Of a stretch of 64,000 nt of DNA, positions 43,301 to 52,348 are shown in pieces. The DNA comes from Nitrosopumilus sp. (GTDB lineage Archaea > Thermoproteota > Nitrososphaeria > Nitrososphaerales > Nitrosopumilaceae). Each line of letters begins with the position of its first letter. Within the stretch, counting starts at the first letter, position 1. Under the pieces are notes generated by a model. The model saw only the letters and a program-made list of their open reading frames with translations. It made no database searches and was not told the origin of the DNA. The stretch lies in contig OZ240211.1 of assembly GCA_965197525.1 (NCBI GenBank), positions 1,824,001 through 1,888,000 on the forward strand. The letters run 5' to 3'. The position numbers and the translations under genes are program-made.

Positions 43301-46300
43301 TGACTGACCTGACAACGACTGGCTCTGATGAGACCTACACGGTAACAGACAATAACTCATTTCTGACTACGTGGGAGACTACTGCGGCCAACCCCGCAGT
43401 AAGTATACCTGTAGAGGTACATTCAGGAGAAACCTTTACCATAGATTGGGGTGATGGTACCCCAACTGCCACGGTCAACTCTAACGGCACACAGTCACAT
43501 ACATACGCTACAGCTGGTTCTTATCGTGTCACCATGACTGGTGATCTGTCACGGATAAATCTTGGCGGTTCTGGCTCTACACCTACACTACTTGACTCAA
43601 TTAACCAATGGGGTGACATCCAGTGGTCTACCATGAATAGTGCATTCCGTGGTGCCAGTGATATGACATACAACGCAGCTGATACACCGGATCTATCACA
43701 GGTTACTGACATGTCTGACATGTTCAGACTTGCCACCGCATTTAACGGGGATATCTCTGACTGGGACGTCTCGTCAGTTACTGACATGTCCTCCCTGTTC
43801 TCTGGTGCCAACGCATTTAACAAAAGCCTCGTTGACTGGGACGTCTCGTCAGTTACTGACATGTCCAACATGTTCTACTTTGCCCGCGCATTTAACGGGG
43901 ATATCTCTGGCTGGAACACCTCGTCAGTTACTGACATGTCTCAAATGTTCGATTCTGCCGACACATTTAACGGAGACATCTCTGGCTGGAACACCTCGTC
44001 AGTTACCAACATGTCTGGCATGTTTGACTTTGCCGAAAAATTTAACAGAGACATCTCTGGCTGGGATGTCTCCTCAGTTACCAACATGGACGACATGTTC
44101 GACCATGCAGATGACTTTGACCAAAACTTGGGTCCATGGTACATTACACCGGATTCTGTAGACTTTTCTTATGTTGATTCCCTCAATGTCACTGATATAA
44201 CTCCACAGAATGACGCACTTGCAGGACACAACCCGGTATACGACATCGGAACGGGCGGCAACTTTACCCTCTTTGAGATAGTGTCCGGTTCTGACACCCT
44301 GGCATTCAAGGCAACACCAACCAGTACAGGTGTATATGATGTCAGCGTGACTGCCTCTGACGGCACAGTTTTTGAGGATGGTAATAATCACCGCGTCATC
44401 CGGGTAACTGTATCTGACATTCTGATAGACAGTACGCCACCTCGTGTTGCCTCCATACTGCGTGATACTCCTAGCGTTCCATCCACACCTCTTACCACAC
44501 TAGTGTTTAATGTCACATTTAATGAACCAGTAATCAACGTGGATGCTGCTGACTTTGCAGTAACAGGCACCGGTACAGGTACAGTAACTGACGTATCAGG
44601 TGATGGTACATCATACCTGGTAACAGTCACAGTAGATAATGTTGGAATAATCGGCTTGGATATCGCATCAGGACACGACATACAGGATGCTGCAAACAAC
44701 CCTTTGGACAACCCGACACCGACTGGCTCTGATGAGACCTACACGGTAACAGACAGTACTCCGCCCCGTGTTACATCCATACTGCGTGATACTCCTAGCG
44801 TTGCATCCACAACTGCTACCACCTTGGTGTTTAATGTCACATTTAACGAACCAGTTATCAATGTGGGCGTTGCTGACTTTGATGTAGCAGGCAACGGTAC
44901 AGGTTCAATATCTAACGTATCAGGTTCTGGTGCGTCATACACCGTAACAGTCACAGTAACCGGTGCTGGAACCATAGGATTGGATATCGCATCAGGACAC
45001 GACATACAGGATGCTGCAAACAACCCTTTGGCCAACCTGACACCGACTGGTTCTGATGAGACCTACACGGTAACAGAGACTACGGTACCAGACAGTACTC
45101 CGCCCCGTGTTACATCCATACTGCGTGATACTCCTAGCGTTGCATCCACAACTGCTACCACCCTGGTGTTTGCTGTCACGTTTGATGAGCCGGTAACCAA
45201 CGTTGATGCTGCTGACTTTACGGTAACAGGCACTGGCACCGGCACAATATCTGGCGTATCAGGTTCCGGTGCATCATACCGGGTAATAGTCACAGTAGAT
45301 AATGTTGGAATAATCGGCTTGGATATCGCATCAGGACACGACATACAGGATGCTGCAAACAACCCTTTGGACAACCCGACACCGACTGGCTCTGATGAGA
45401 CCTACACGGTAGCAGAGACTACGGCACCAGACAGTACTCCACCACATGTTGTCTCCATACTGCGCAACACCCCTCTCGCTGAATCCACAACTGCTACCAC
45501 CCTGGTGTTTGCTGTCACGTTTGATGAGCCGGTAACCAACGTTGATGCTGCTGACTTTACAGTAACAGGCACCGGCACAGGTACAATATCTGGAGTAACA
45601 GGCACCGATACGTCATACACCGTAACAGTTACAGTAACTGATGTTGGAACCATCGGCTTGGATATTGTATTAAACCACGACATCAAGGATACTACAAACA
45701 ACGATCTGACCGACCTAGCACCTACCGACAATGATGAGACCTACACAGTCACGGTAACAGACAATACTCCGCCCCATGTTGCCTCCATACTGCGCAACAC
45801 CCCTCTCGCTGAATCCACAACTGCTACCACCCTAGTGTTTGCTGTCACGTTTGATGAATCAGTCATCAATGTGAATGATACTGCTGACTTTACAGTAACA
45901 GGCACCGGCACAGGTACAATATCTGGCGTATCAGGTTCAGGTGCATCATACCGGGTAACAGTCACAGTAACCGCTAGTGGAACCATAGGATTGGATATCG
46001 CATCCGGACACGACATCAAGGATACTGCAGACAACGATCTGACTGACACTACAGTGGTAGGCTCTAATGAGACCTACATAGTCAACCAGCTACCCGTACT
46101 GAATAATATCCCATCACAGACTGGAGATGAGCTTACACCCCTCACGTTCACTGCTGAAGCAACTGATCGTGATAACGATCCCCTGACATACTCCCTTATC
46201 GGGACGATACCTGACGGTGCCACGATGGATACTAATACTGGAGTGTTCTCATGGACGCCAACTGAGACGCAGGATGGCATCCACACCGTAACCGTACAGG

Positions 46301-47730
46301 TCTCTGACGGTAACGGCGGCGGCGGCACTGACTTGCAGGACGTCACGATAACTGTAACTGAGGTAAATCAGAATCCTGTACTTGATTCAATAGGTGGACA
46401 GACCATAGATGAGACAGACACACTCAAGTTTGATGCAACAGCCAGGGACGACGACATATACCAAGGCTCTCCTAACTCCCTGACATTCTCACTTGGTGAC
46501 GGGGCAGACAGACCACGCGGTGCATCAATCACCCGTGACGGCTCGTTCTCTTGGAGGCCTGACCAGTCCCAGGACGGCGTATACTCTATTAATGTGACTG
46601 TCTCTGACGGCCGGGGCGGCACCGCATCCGAACTGGTATCAGTTACAATAAATGACATAGCTCCGCGTCTTGTATCGGTACGGGGATCTGACTCTTCTAT
46701 AACGTTGACATTCTCTGAGCCAGTTAACACCCGCGGAACAGGCTCCGGCGGATTTACAGTATCTTCTTCTTCTTCTTCTGGTAATACAGTCACAGTGGAA
46801 TCCATCACCGGAAGTGGCACCGACACCCTTACGTTACTACTTGATGGTCCACTGTCTCGTGGGGACACGCTCTCATACGACAGTAGCACAGGCGATATTG
46901 TAGACGAGTTCAACAAAGATTTGGAATCATTTGTTGATGCTGCCATACTGCTCAAGTCCAAAAAGTCAGGTACCGCACCACCGTCTGTGGATACACTTGA
47001 GATAAACGGCCAGAGTTACAATGCTCAAAACAGGGTAAACCATAATGCCACGCCGCTGGAGGTTGCAGTAGATCAACCCATATCCATAAGTTTTACGGCA
47101 CACGACAGACTTGACATACTCTACTTTGCAGTATACCTGAACCTTCAAGATGACGACATGTCATACACGAACAGTGATACGTACGTGGAATACAACAGAG
47201 GTCAAACAAATATCACTGATCCTCAAGACTTGCTGTCAGATGCCTCTCTCACCGTGTCAACTGACCCTGATGATTCCACTGAGAAGACAGTCACACTTGA
47301 TATCACGTTTGCAGAGCCAATAGGGAATACCAACATGGTAATCAGGACTTGGAATGCAGACAACGAGTCTTCAATCGTCATAATCGTTGATGCACTAAAT
47401 GTCATACCCATGGAGGTGGATCCAGAGCCACAAGTAACAGAGGTGGACCCAGAGCCACAGTTACCGGCAGTACCTAATCCAGAACCTGAGACTGAGACTT
47501 TTGCTGATGACTTTGACTATGACCGTGCATTGTTTGTACTGCGCATGTGGTCTGGATTTGAATCTGAGATAGCAGATGACAATCAACTGTTAACTGTCAT
47601 GGGCCTGACTCACATGGGAACAGACATACCTGCCTGGGTCATGACTGATCTTGCACCACTAGTGGTAAAAGAACTGATAACCCTAGACGAGTTTAGAGTT
47701 GCATTAGAGTACGTGATGGGAAATACCTGA
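37369..47730 (+). CDS. Giant surface protein/adhesin (3453 aa)
   Basis: N-terminal TM/signal, 7 LVIVD-like blades, PKD-like domain, 5 FSSDGTKMF propeller repeats, 3 DUF285/BspA-like blocks (WNTSSVTNMSxMF), 7 Ig-like TPPRV modules, cadherin/Ig-like domains, thaumarchaeal C-terminal IPAWV..EFRVALEY domain. Confidence 0.92.
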   Translation: MGGGGLRKRRDGRTLAITALALVMAAGLLITQPGSWTGAPLDVDTAVLNAWPPSGDAVFAWLLSEYAFAQSVNVAPTLTPAGHINTTSPGSSLLDTPQSIAVFESGNNRYAAVKAVHGVQILNITNPDNITATDSIADGGSRVLFGSGYVDVYMSGNNHYAAVAARTDDGVSIFDITNPASITLVGQIKDNTSIRLEGPRGIDVYESGSSRYVIVATDEEDGVQILNITNPASITAAGNIAEDDDLELANPYGVEVYKSNDNIYAIVAGNSDDGVQILNITNPASITATDNLEKSGTTQLDGARDVAIFESGNSIYAAVTASNDHAVQILDITDPANIIEADSIRDTTNLRSAWGIDIFESGDSRYAVVAASSSHRVHILNITNPDSITKAGSIVDTNDLILETPIGIAVFESGGSLYTAVVSQAENGVQIIGLGVMSAEMVVPPIPPTNTPPTVTTGPDLLVTKGLSVHLTGASAADVDSDDVLSYSWSQNPTGTVTFDDATSLNPTVTAPLSGTATSVALTLSVNDGTNDAVTDTMTLTIQDPPPSFVSSILNSTSGALAITFSEDIDVTPATNVVPAKIHIRESGNYTGGGITLNAAELDTTVDGTTISFALNASRLATVVALTVPELTIEPGAVQDTSGTLIDGTFDVSTAVFVDATSISAKEDAPRGLAFSSDGTKMFVVGYQNAEVHKYTLSTAFDASTRSFVDSFTGLISDEQQPQDVTFSNDGTRMFVLGNENDEIHEYTLSTAFDSRNAVRASATSISEESNPLGMAFSSDGTKMFVIGNSGMDVNEYALSTAFNTTTAVFVDDTSISGQDPVPTGMAFSSDGTKMFVIGNQNDAVNEYALTTTFDASTLTFVHAADVSQEELGPQDVAFSSDGAKMFVIGSAGDDVNEYTLSSVYPITVISAADAFITTWQTTLANQPIKIPVEVHSGKDFIIDWGDGNTTTVTANGIQSHTYATADTYRVTMTGDLSRINLGGSGSTPALLHSINQWGDIKWSSMNGAFGGATTMTHNATDTPDLSQVTDMSHMFNDAHAFNGDISTWNTSSVTNMSHMFNDASEFNRNLSTWNTSSVTNMSYMFTSANDFNGDLSTWNTSSVTNMRDMFSFAAVFNGDISGWDTSSITSMSHMFDGAAAFTGDLSGWNVSQVITMSYMFSDAQSFNGDLSEWDVSQVQSMQNMFSDAQSFNGDLSEWDVSKVKYMDFMFRGAFGFDSDISEWNVSQVTTMSHMFSSAFAFDSDISEWNISKVTDMENMFYFATSFDQNLGPWYIVLDNDFIDLRDADTTTIGVISPQNSALAGQNGAYGIGQNHDSDMFEINGTSLDIKADADYTAKTDYTINITSTHPYGTDNHHLVDVTVTESVDPATTFVTTWQTTSAGESITIPVGDATGNYTVHWGDDSTSTHITDADHTYTQAGSHTVSISGDFTRIHLFDDANNAGKLASIDQWGDISWTTMQDAFRGASNMAYNADDAPNLSGATSMHSMFRDTSFSADLSTWNVSSVTDTSRMFQSSSFNGDLSGWNVSQVQSMRSMFSDASSFNQPLDTWNVSSVTNMAYMFYDAGSFNQDLDTWTVSSVETMEYMFGSSSTFNSVFNGDISTWNVSSVTNMEFMFNHASSFNQPLDTWNVSQVQSMRSMFSGASSFNQPLDTWNVSSVTNMSNMFYNAANFDQNLGPWYITPDSVDFPYVDSLNVTDITPQNNVLAGHNPVYDIVAGGNFTLFEIVSGSDTLAFKATPTSNGLHQVNVTATGGSVFESGNNYHIMQITVSDILTDNTPPRVASILRDTPSVASTPLTTLVFNVTFNEPVTNVNDDDFTVTGTGTGTISGVSGSGTSYQVTVTVAAVGTIGLDIASGHNIQDAANNGLTDLTTTGSDETYTVTDSTPPRVTSILRDTPSVASTSATTLVFAVTFDEPVINVSNADFAVTGTGTGTISGVSGSGTSYQVTVTVAAVGTIGLDIASGHNIQDAANNGLTDLTTTGSDETYTVTDNNSFLTTWETTAANPAVSIPVEVHSGETFTIDWGDGTPTATVNSNGTQSHTYATAGSYRVTMTGDLSRINLGGSGSTPTLLDSINQWGDIQWSTMNSAFRGASDMTYNAADTPDLSQVTDMSDMFRLATAFNGDISDWDVSSVTDMSSLFSGANAFNKSLVDWDVSSVTDMSNMFYFARAFNGDISGWNTSSVTDMSQMFDSADTFNGDISGWNTSSVTNMSGMFDFAEKFNRDISGWDVSSVTNMDDMFDHADDFDQNLGPWYITPDSVDFSYVDSLNVTDITPQNDALAGHNPVYDIGTGGNFTLFEIVSGSDTLAFKATPTSTGVYDVSVTASDGTVFEDGNNHRVIRVTVSDILIDSTPPRVASILRDTPSVPSTPLTTLVFNVTFNEPVINVDAADFAVTGTGTGTVTDVSGDGTSYLVTVTVDNVGIIGLDIASGHDIQDAANNPLDNPTPTGSDETYTVTDSTPPRVTSILRDTPSVASTTATTLVFNVTFNEPVINVGVADFDVAGNGTGSISNVSGSGASYTVTVTVTGAGTIGLDIASGHDIQDAANNPLANLTPTGSDETYTVTETTVPDSTPPRVTSILRDTPSVASTTATTLVFAVTFDEPVTNVDAADFTVTGTGTGTISGVSGSGASYRVIVTVDNVGIIGLDIASGHDIQDAANNPLDNPTPTGSDETYTVAETTAPDSTPPHVVSILRNTPLAESTTATTLVFAVTFDEPVTNVDAADFTVTGTGTGTISGVTGTDTSYTVTVTVTDVGTIGLDIVLNHDIKDTTNNDLTDLAPTDNDETYTVTVTDNTPPHVASILRNTPLAESTTATTLVFAVTFDESVINVNDTADFTVTGTGTGTISGVSGSGASYRVTVTVTASGTIGLDIASGHDIKDTADNDLTDTTVVGSNETYIVNQLPVLNNIPSQTGDELTPLTFTAEATDRDNDPLTYSLIGTIPDGATMDTNTGVFSWTPTETQDGIHTVTVQVSDGNGGGGTDLQDVTITVTEVNQNPVLDSIGGQTIDETDTLKFDATARDDDIYQGSPNSLTFSLGDGADRPRGASITRDGSFSWRPDQSQDGVYSINVTVSDGRGGTASELVSVTINDIAPRLVSVRGSDSSITLTFSEPVNTRGTGSGGFTVSSSSSSGNTVTVESITGSGTDTLTLLLDGPLSRGDTLSYDSSTGDIVDEFNKDLESFVDAAILLKSKKSGTAPPSVDTLEINGQSYNAQNRVNHNATPLEVAVDQPISISFTAHDRLDILYFAVYLNLQDDDMSYTNSDTYVEYNRGQTNITDPQDLLSDASLTVSTDPDDSTEKTVTLDITFAEPIGNTNMVIRTWNADNESSIVIIVDALNVIPMEVDPEPQVTEVDPEPQLPAVPNPEPETETFADDFDYDRALFVLRMWSGFESEIADDNQLLTVMGLTHMGTDIPAWVMTDLAPLVVKELITLDEFRVALEYVMGNT
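37371..37382 (+). repeat. G12 homopolymer at the adhesin 5' end
   Basis: gt-gggggggggggg-tctgagg. Confidence 0.9.
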
Positions 47731-48033
47731 AGAAGCATCTAGTTTTTCAGATCGTATGCATGTGCAACAGACAGGTTGTACATATCCTTGCACTCAGTCA
47801 GTGTCTTATGTATCTTCTCGGAGATGGCGGAGTCCTAGCAAAAATCTAATTTGTATGTAAGTATCAACAAACAAGCATTCTCTTTAGATTCTAAAAAGAT
47901 TGTTAATGAGTCTAGTCTACTCAAGTATATAATCCCCTTGATTATCTTGCTTGATTGAATTACTTTTGCACTCGTCTGTACCTTATTTTTATCTGATGTT
48001 GAATCCAAACTACTTTCAAGTTAACTTGGTTGT

Positions 48034-48900
48034 TTACAGCTTGAATGATGCAAATTTTATTAGATTATACAAATTCGCCTTTGCATCGCTTTCTGGAATT
48101 TTTCTTAAACTGGTTTTTGCCTGCTCTGAATATTTCTTTAGCAATTCCTCCATCATGTTAAACACATCTCTTGGATCGGAACTTTTTTTGATTAGCAAGT
48201 TAAACAGCTTGTCTTCATTCTTCCAATCCAACAGGTCATCTCGAATCTGATACGCTATTCCTATATTCTTTCCATACTCTGTTAATGCTTCTATCTGTTC
48301 TTCATCTCCGTTTGCAATAATTGCTCCTATCCTTGCCGCTACTTCAAACGCAGTCGCTGTTTTATACTCGATTACTTTGAGATAGTCATCAAACGTTACA
48401 TCCTCACTGGTCTCTAACCTACTCTCAATCATCTCTCCTTCACTCATCATCATGGCAGTAGTTGCCAAGTCTTTTGTAATTCTGGCGTTGTCTAACTTTG
48501 ATGATATTGCAAGAATCAATCCTAAAACAAAATCTCCTGTAAGCACACTTGTGTTATAGCCATATTTTATATGAAAAGGATCTTTCTGTCTTCGCATTGT
48601 CTCATTATCAATGATATCGTCGTGAATAATTGACTCCATGTGCAAAAATTCGATGGCACACGATGCCGTTAGCGTGTTCTCATCCATCTTGCCGACACAT
48701 TCTGCTGCCAAATTCAAAATAACTGGTCTAATTCGCTTGCCGCCTTCAAGGGAGTATCTTAATGGCTCGATAAACTCTGACTCTGAATAAATAGCTAATT
48801 CGTTTTCCAGAGCTTGGTCGATCTTTTCAATATATCTTCCATATGATTCAAGTAAGGGATTTATCTCTACATTCTTTCTATCCAATATGACCCTCATCAA
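48034..48900 (-). CDS. Polyprenyl (geranylgeranyl) diphosphate synthase
   Basis: GGKRIRP, HDDIID and QIRDDLLD motifs. Confidence 0.95.
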   Translation of the reverse strand: MMRVILDRKNVEINPLLESYGRYIEKIDQALENELAIYSESEFIEPLRYSLEGGKRIRPVILNLAAECVGKMDENTLTASCAIEFLHMESIIHDDIIDNETMRRQKDPFHIKYGYNTSVLTGDFVLGLILAISSKLDNARITKDLATTAMMMSEGEMIESRLETSEDVTFDDYLKVIEYKTATAFEVAARIGAIIANGDEEQIEALTEYGKNIGIAYQIRDDLLDWKNEDKLFNLLIKKSSDPRDVFNMMEELLKKYSEQAKTSLRKIPESDAKANLYNLIKFASFKL

Positions 48901-48995
48901 AAATTTTAATTGTTAGTAAATAAATCTTAGGCAGTATCTTCTGTAGATGCCAAAGATCTTGTATACAGTCTCTTTTGTTAATGGAGAAATCTAAG

Positions 48996-49086
48996 TGCTC
49001 CAGCCGGGATTTTCATCGTTTGATTTTGAACCCGGGATCACTGCCTTGAAAGGGCAGTATGCTTGACCGGTCTACACCACTGGAAC
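48996..49086 (-). tRNA. tRNA-Glu(TTC) with a 15-nt non-canonical T-loop intron (49010-49024)
   Basis: Acceptor GTTCCAG/CTGGAGC; anticodon arm CTGCC-CTTTCAA-GGCAG; expanded T-loop forms a bulge-helix-bulge. Confidence 0.92.
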
Positions 49087-49166
49087 CTATAAAAAATCTG
49101 TTCTTTGACCATAAAATCTTTTGTAACTCGCAAAGATTTTTTTAATGGTAGTATTGTTGATGAATC

Positions 49167-49805
49167 ATGAATATAATAAAAAAGATTGATGACATTATTG
49201 AAGAAAATAGTTTACTAAAACACAAGTTCTATCAGATGTGGTCTGACGGCAACCTGACTCTGGATTCTCTTGCAGGCTATTCCAAAGAATACTTTCAACT
49301 CGTCAAGGCAGTCCCTTCTTTTATGACCTGTATTATTGATGATTCATCTGATGAGTCTGTATTGCCAGAGTTAATCGCAAATCAGCAAGAGGAATTTGAT
49401 CACATCCGACCTTGGGTTGCATTTGCAGATCAATTAGGAGTGTCAGAAGCCGATCTAACATCGTATCCTGGTTCTGATAAAACGTGTCAAGCAGTATCTG
49501 ATCTGAATAATTTGATGGATACTTTTGATGGCGGTTCTTGTGCAATGTATGCATTTGAAAAAGAAATTCCTAAACTCAGCCAAACCAAACTTGACGGATT
49601 GGCAAAATTCTATGGAATTACAAGCGATGCTGCAACAGAATACTTCAAGCTTCACACAGAGGCTGACATTAGACATGCTGCATCATGGAAAAAGATACTT
49701 GAAGGATCGTCTCTTGGTTCTGACCGACTACTAGACATTACAGAGCGTTCCGTTGCTGCACAAAACCTGCTGCTAGATAGTTGTTACGAGCAGTATTGCA
49801 GCTAA
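49167..49805 (+). CDS. TenA/PqqC/CADD-like heme-oxygenase-fold protein
   Basis: LLKHKFYQMWSDG, EEFDH, YAFE and YFKLHTEADIRH. Confidence 0.85.
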   Translation: MNIIKKIDDIIEENSLLKHKFYQMWSDGNLTLDSLAGYSKEYFQLVKAVPSFMTCIIDDSSDESVLPELIANQQEEFDHIRPWVAFADQLGVSEADLTSYPGSDKTCQAVSDLNNLMDTFDGGSCAMYAFEKEIPKLSQTKLDGLAKFYGITSDAATEYFKLHTEADIRHAASWKKILEGSSLGSDRLLDITERSVAAQNLLLDSCYEQYCS

Positions 49806-49847
49806 ACTAGCAACGTTTTTTATCTGAGAAAAATTTCATCTGCATGG

Positions 49848-49921
49848 GGGCCCGTAACTCAGCTTGGTAGAGTAACCGGCTCATAACCGGTGAGCCAAGG
49901 GATCGAAGCCCTTCGGGCCCA
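49848..49921 (+). tRNA. tRNA with CAT anticodon, most likely archaeal tRNA-Ile2
   Basis: GGGCCCG/CGGGCCC acceptor; ACCGG-CTCATAA-CCGGT anticodon arm. The GGGCCC start is typical of tRNA-Ile rather than initiator Met. Confidence 0.9.
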
Positions 49922-50191
49922 TTATTTCCAATGTGCGGAGCCGCAAAAATTACGGTAGGCAAGACAACTAAAGTAAGACTATTCTTTGACTATGGCATCG
50001 CTTGAGTGATCATTGTTGTATCTGGAATCATTCACATACGAGTTTTCAAAGACATCAAAGAGAATCAACGTTTTATCAGGACATCATAATAAAAAACAAC
50101 GTGTGCCTTTATCTCATATTTGCATGCTCTAATTGCAAAATACATTTTTTGTGCATGATGATACGATGATATAATTTGTTAGAGTCCTGAG

Positions 50192-50467
50192 ATGGATGAT
50201 AATTGTAAGACAGATGGTATGAATCAACACAGACGTATAATTCTAGATGACATGCCCAAAAAAACGTCTTTGGCCTTGAGTAAAAAACTATTTGTTACCT
50301 ATGATGTAATGTATGGCATGCAATCACTAAAATCCTTTGCCGATCAAACTATCAAGAAAGGCAGAGAAGATATCAAGAATTTTGATGAATTCAAAAAAAT
50401 ACTGGATATTCTAGGCGCAAATGAAAAACCAACATATCTAAAATATAAAACCCATTCCAACACATGA
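50192..50467 (+). CDS. Small hypothetical protein
   Basis: ORF only. Confidence 0.4.
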   Translation: MDDNCKTDGMNQHRRIILDDMPKKTSLALSKKLFVTYDVMYGMQSLKSFADQTIKKGREDIKNFDEFKKILDILGANEKPTYLKYKTHSNT

Positions 50468-50636
50468 GCGATATTACAGCAGATTCAATCTTTACAAATA
50501 TTCGAAATGAGGACAAACATGAAAAATGCAAGCATCTGATTAAATCCATAGAAGATAAGATGGGAGGAAAGATAAATGCTATTTTGGTAAACGGCTTGTA
50601 CATCTGGACATACACCACATACTTGCACGGGTAAGG

Positions 50637-50726
50637 CATCCGAAGACAAACGACAAACTGGAATGGCTGTACGAGGAGATCGAGCGTCACCTGTACAAGT
50701 TTGAAGACGAATCTGCAGAAAGGTGA
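50637..50726 (+). pseudogene. Integrase-core (IS481/IS3-like) transposase fragment
   Basis: HPKTNDKLEWLYEEIERH resembles the HPQTNGKLER motif. Confidence 0.6.
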
Positions 50727-50825
50727 GGAATATGATGTTCAGTCGAGATGTATACTCCTTTCAGGATCCTACGTCCTCATACGTATATTAGAAACTAATA
50801 TACTGTAGATACTCTAACACATGCC

Positions 50826-51302
50826 ATGGACAAGACACTCCCGGCGTTTATTGAGTTTTTAGAACGTCATGATTTGGTAGCGTTTGATATTGATGGAGAG
50901 AGCGAGGATCAGTTTAACAACAGACTTAAGATACAAAAATACGTGTTTCTATCAAAGAAATTCGGCATGCCGTTTACTTATACATTTAACATGTACATGT
51001 ATGGTCCATACTCTCCTTCCCTCACAACAGACTATTACGAATTAGCAAAAGACAACGATGCAAAAATAAGTAACTCTATGGCGCTACCTGTAGAGTTCAG
51101 ACAAGATGAGTTTCTGACATCTTTGAAAAACGACCCCCAATGGCTTGAGATTGCAACCACGCTGATAGATCGAAATCATGTAATTCACAGTCGTGACACT
51201 TTGGTAAACAGGGTCTACCACATAAAATCTCATTTCAATCTACAATTCATACATTCCGTATTGGACGATCTTGTAAAACATAACTTAGTCAAGACATCGT
51301 AG
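50826..51302 (+). CDS. SocA/DUF4065-like antitoxin
   Basis: RLKIQKYVFL..FNMYMYGPYS. Confidence 0.7.
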   Translation: MDKTLPAFIEFLERHDLVAFDIDGESEDQFNNRLKIQKYVFLSKKFGMPFTYTFNMYMYGPYSPSLTTDYYELAKDNDAKISNSMALPVEFRQDEFLTSLKNDPQWLEIATTLIDRNHVIHSRDTLVNRVYHIKSHFNLQFIHSVLDDLVKHNLVKTS

Positions 51303-51303
51303 A

Positions 51304-51774
51304 TTATATGCTATCTTGTATGATCATCTCCACGCTACGTTTATCGTTATCTCTCAACTCTTTTTCAATGTCTTCAATTACCTGATTGCCAATTAATTTA
51401 GAATCACTTGTGAAAAAAAATTTAGAATTTGGATCGGCGAGCGCATGCGATACTATCATGGTGTCAGTTGGATCCAAATCCGTTTTTGACGATAATAGCG
51501 TCATTATATCAAAAGCCTCCTTGGGTGGAGGTTTCATGTTATCACTACCTATACCATACTTGTCCATTTTACTGTATAATTTTCTTATAATCTCGGACGG
51601 ATCATTATTTTTTTTCGTTATTACTGCTATGGATTCACCTAGTACAATCTGAGATATGATAATGTGGTACGTGTTGTACCGAAGTCTCGATAAAAATTTG
51701 GTTATATCGTGCGACGGTTTCTTTGTTAATTCTATCAAATAAAACGAATCAAGGTATACTATGACAGATGGCAC
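51304..51774 (-). CDS. PIN-domain (VapC-like) protein
   Basis: YLDS, VLGES, DPTD and FFTSD acidic tetrad. Confidence 0.8.
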   Translation of the reverse strand: MPSVIVYLDSFYLIELTKKPSHDITKFLSRLRYNTYHIIISQIVLGESIAVITKKNNDPSEIIRKLYSKMDKYGIGSDNMKPPPKEAFDIMTLLSSKTDLDPTDTMIVSHALADPNSKFFFTSDSKLIGNQVIEDIEKELRDNDKRSVEMIIQDSI

Positions 51775-51822
51775 AATTCATGCATGTCTTTCTACCATAT
51801 CATTGTATGGATGTAGACGCAA

Positions 51823-52203
51823 ATGACTAACGGACATAATTTTCATGTACTACAAGGAGAGAATGGATACATAAATTATCCATTTCATGTAACTAATCTC
51901 CCTTTAGATGAGAGAAAGGTGACACCAAATATATGGCTAGGTCCACAGGAAACAAAACTACTGTTCATTTTAGAGACGAAGAAAATGAGTGTCTTTGCCT
52001 TTGATGGTGTCAGAAGTATTCTTGAAGGAACGGATTTGACTATCTGGAATGTAATTGAAGGATTAAAAAAAAGAAGAGATTACAACTTCTGCCTTTGCAA
52101 GAACGTCTGTCTGCACCAGCGTTATGGCACTGGATGGTCACATACCGTTAGCGCGACTTGTGGCAAATTTCGGACTGTTGTGAGTGCGGGTTTTTTTAGC
52201 TAA
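51823..52203 (+). CDS. Hypothetical protein
   Basis: ORF only; the C-terminus may be spurious. Confidence 0.35.
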   Translation: MTNGHNFHVLQGENGYINYPFHVTNLPLDERKVTPNIWLGPQETKLLFILETKKMSVFAFDGVRSILEGTDLTIWNVIEGLKKRRDYNFCLCKNVCLHQRYGTGWSHTVSATCGKFRTVVSAGFFS

Positions 52204-52348
52204 CGCAGTAGCATCTGACATTCTTTTCTAGGCATATCTGCTATTTCAGTTAGTTTTAAAATGAGCTGTTTTAAAATTAACTGGCTGCAATGAAGAATCA
52301 GAGTTATATCTGAATTGATGATTGAAAGGCATTTGTCTGAGCTGCCAT

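Noticed and set aside
37820-47411. Many antisense and alternate-frame ORFs within the adhesin
   Set aside because: Shadow ORFs caused by repetitive, GC-richer coding sequence.
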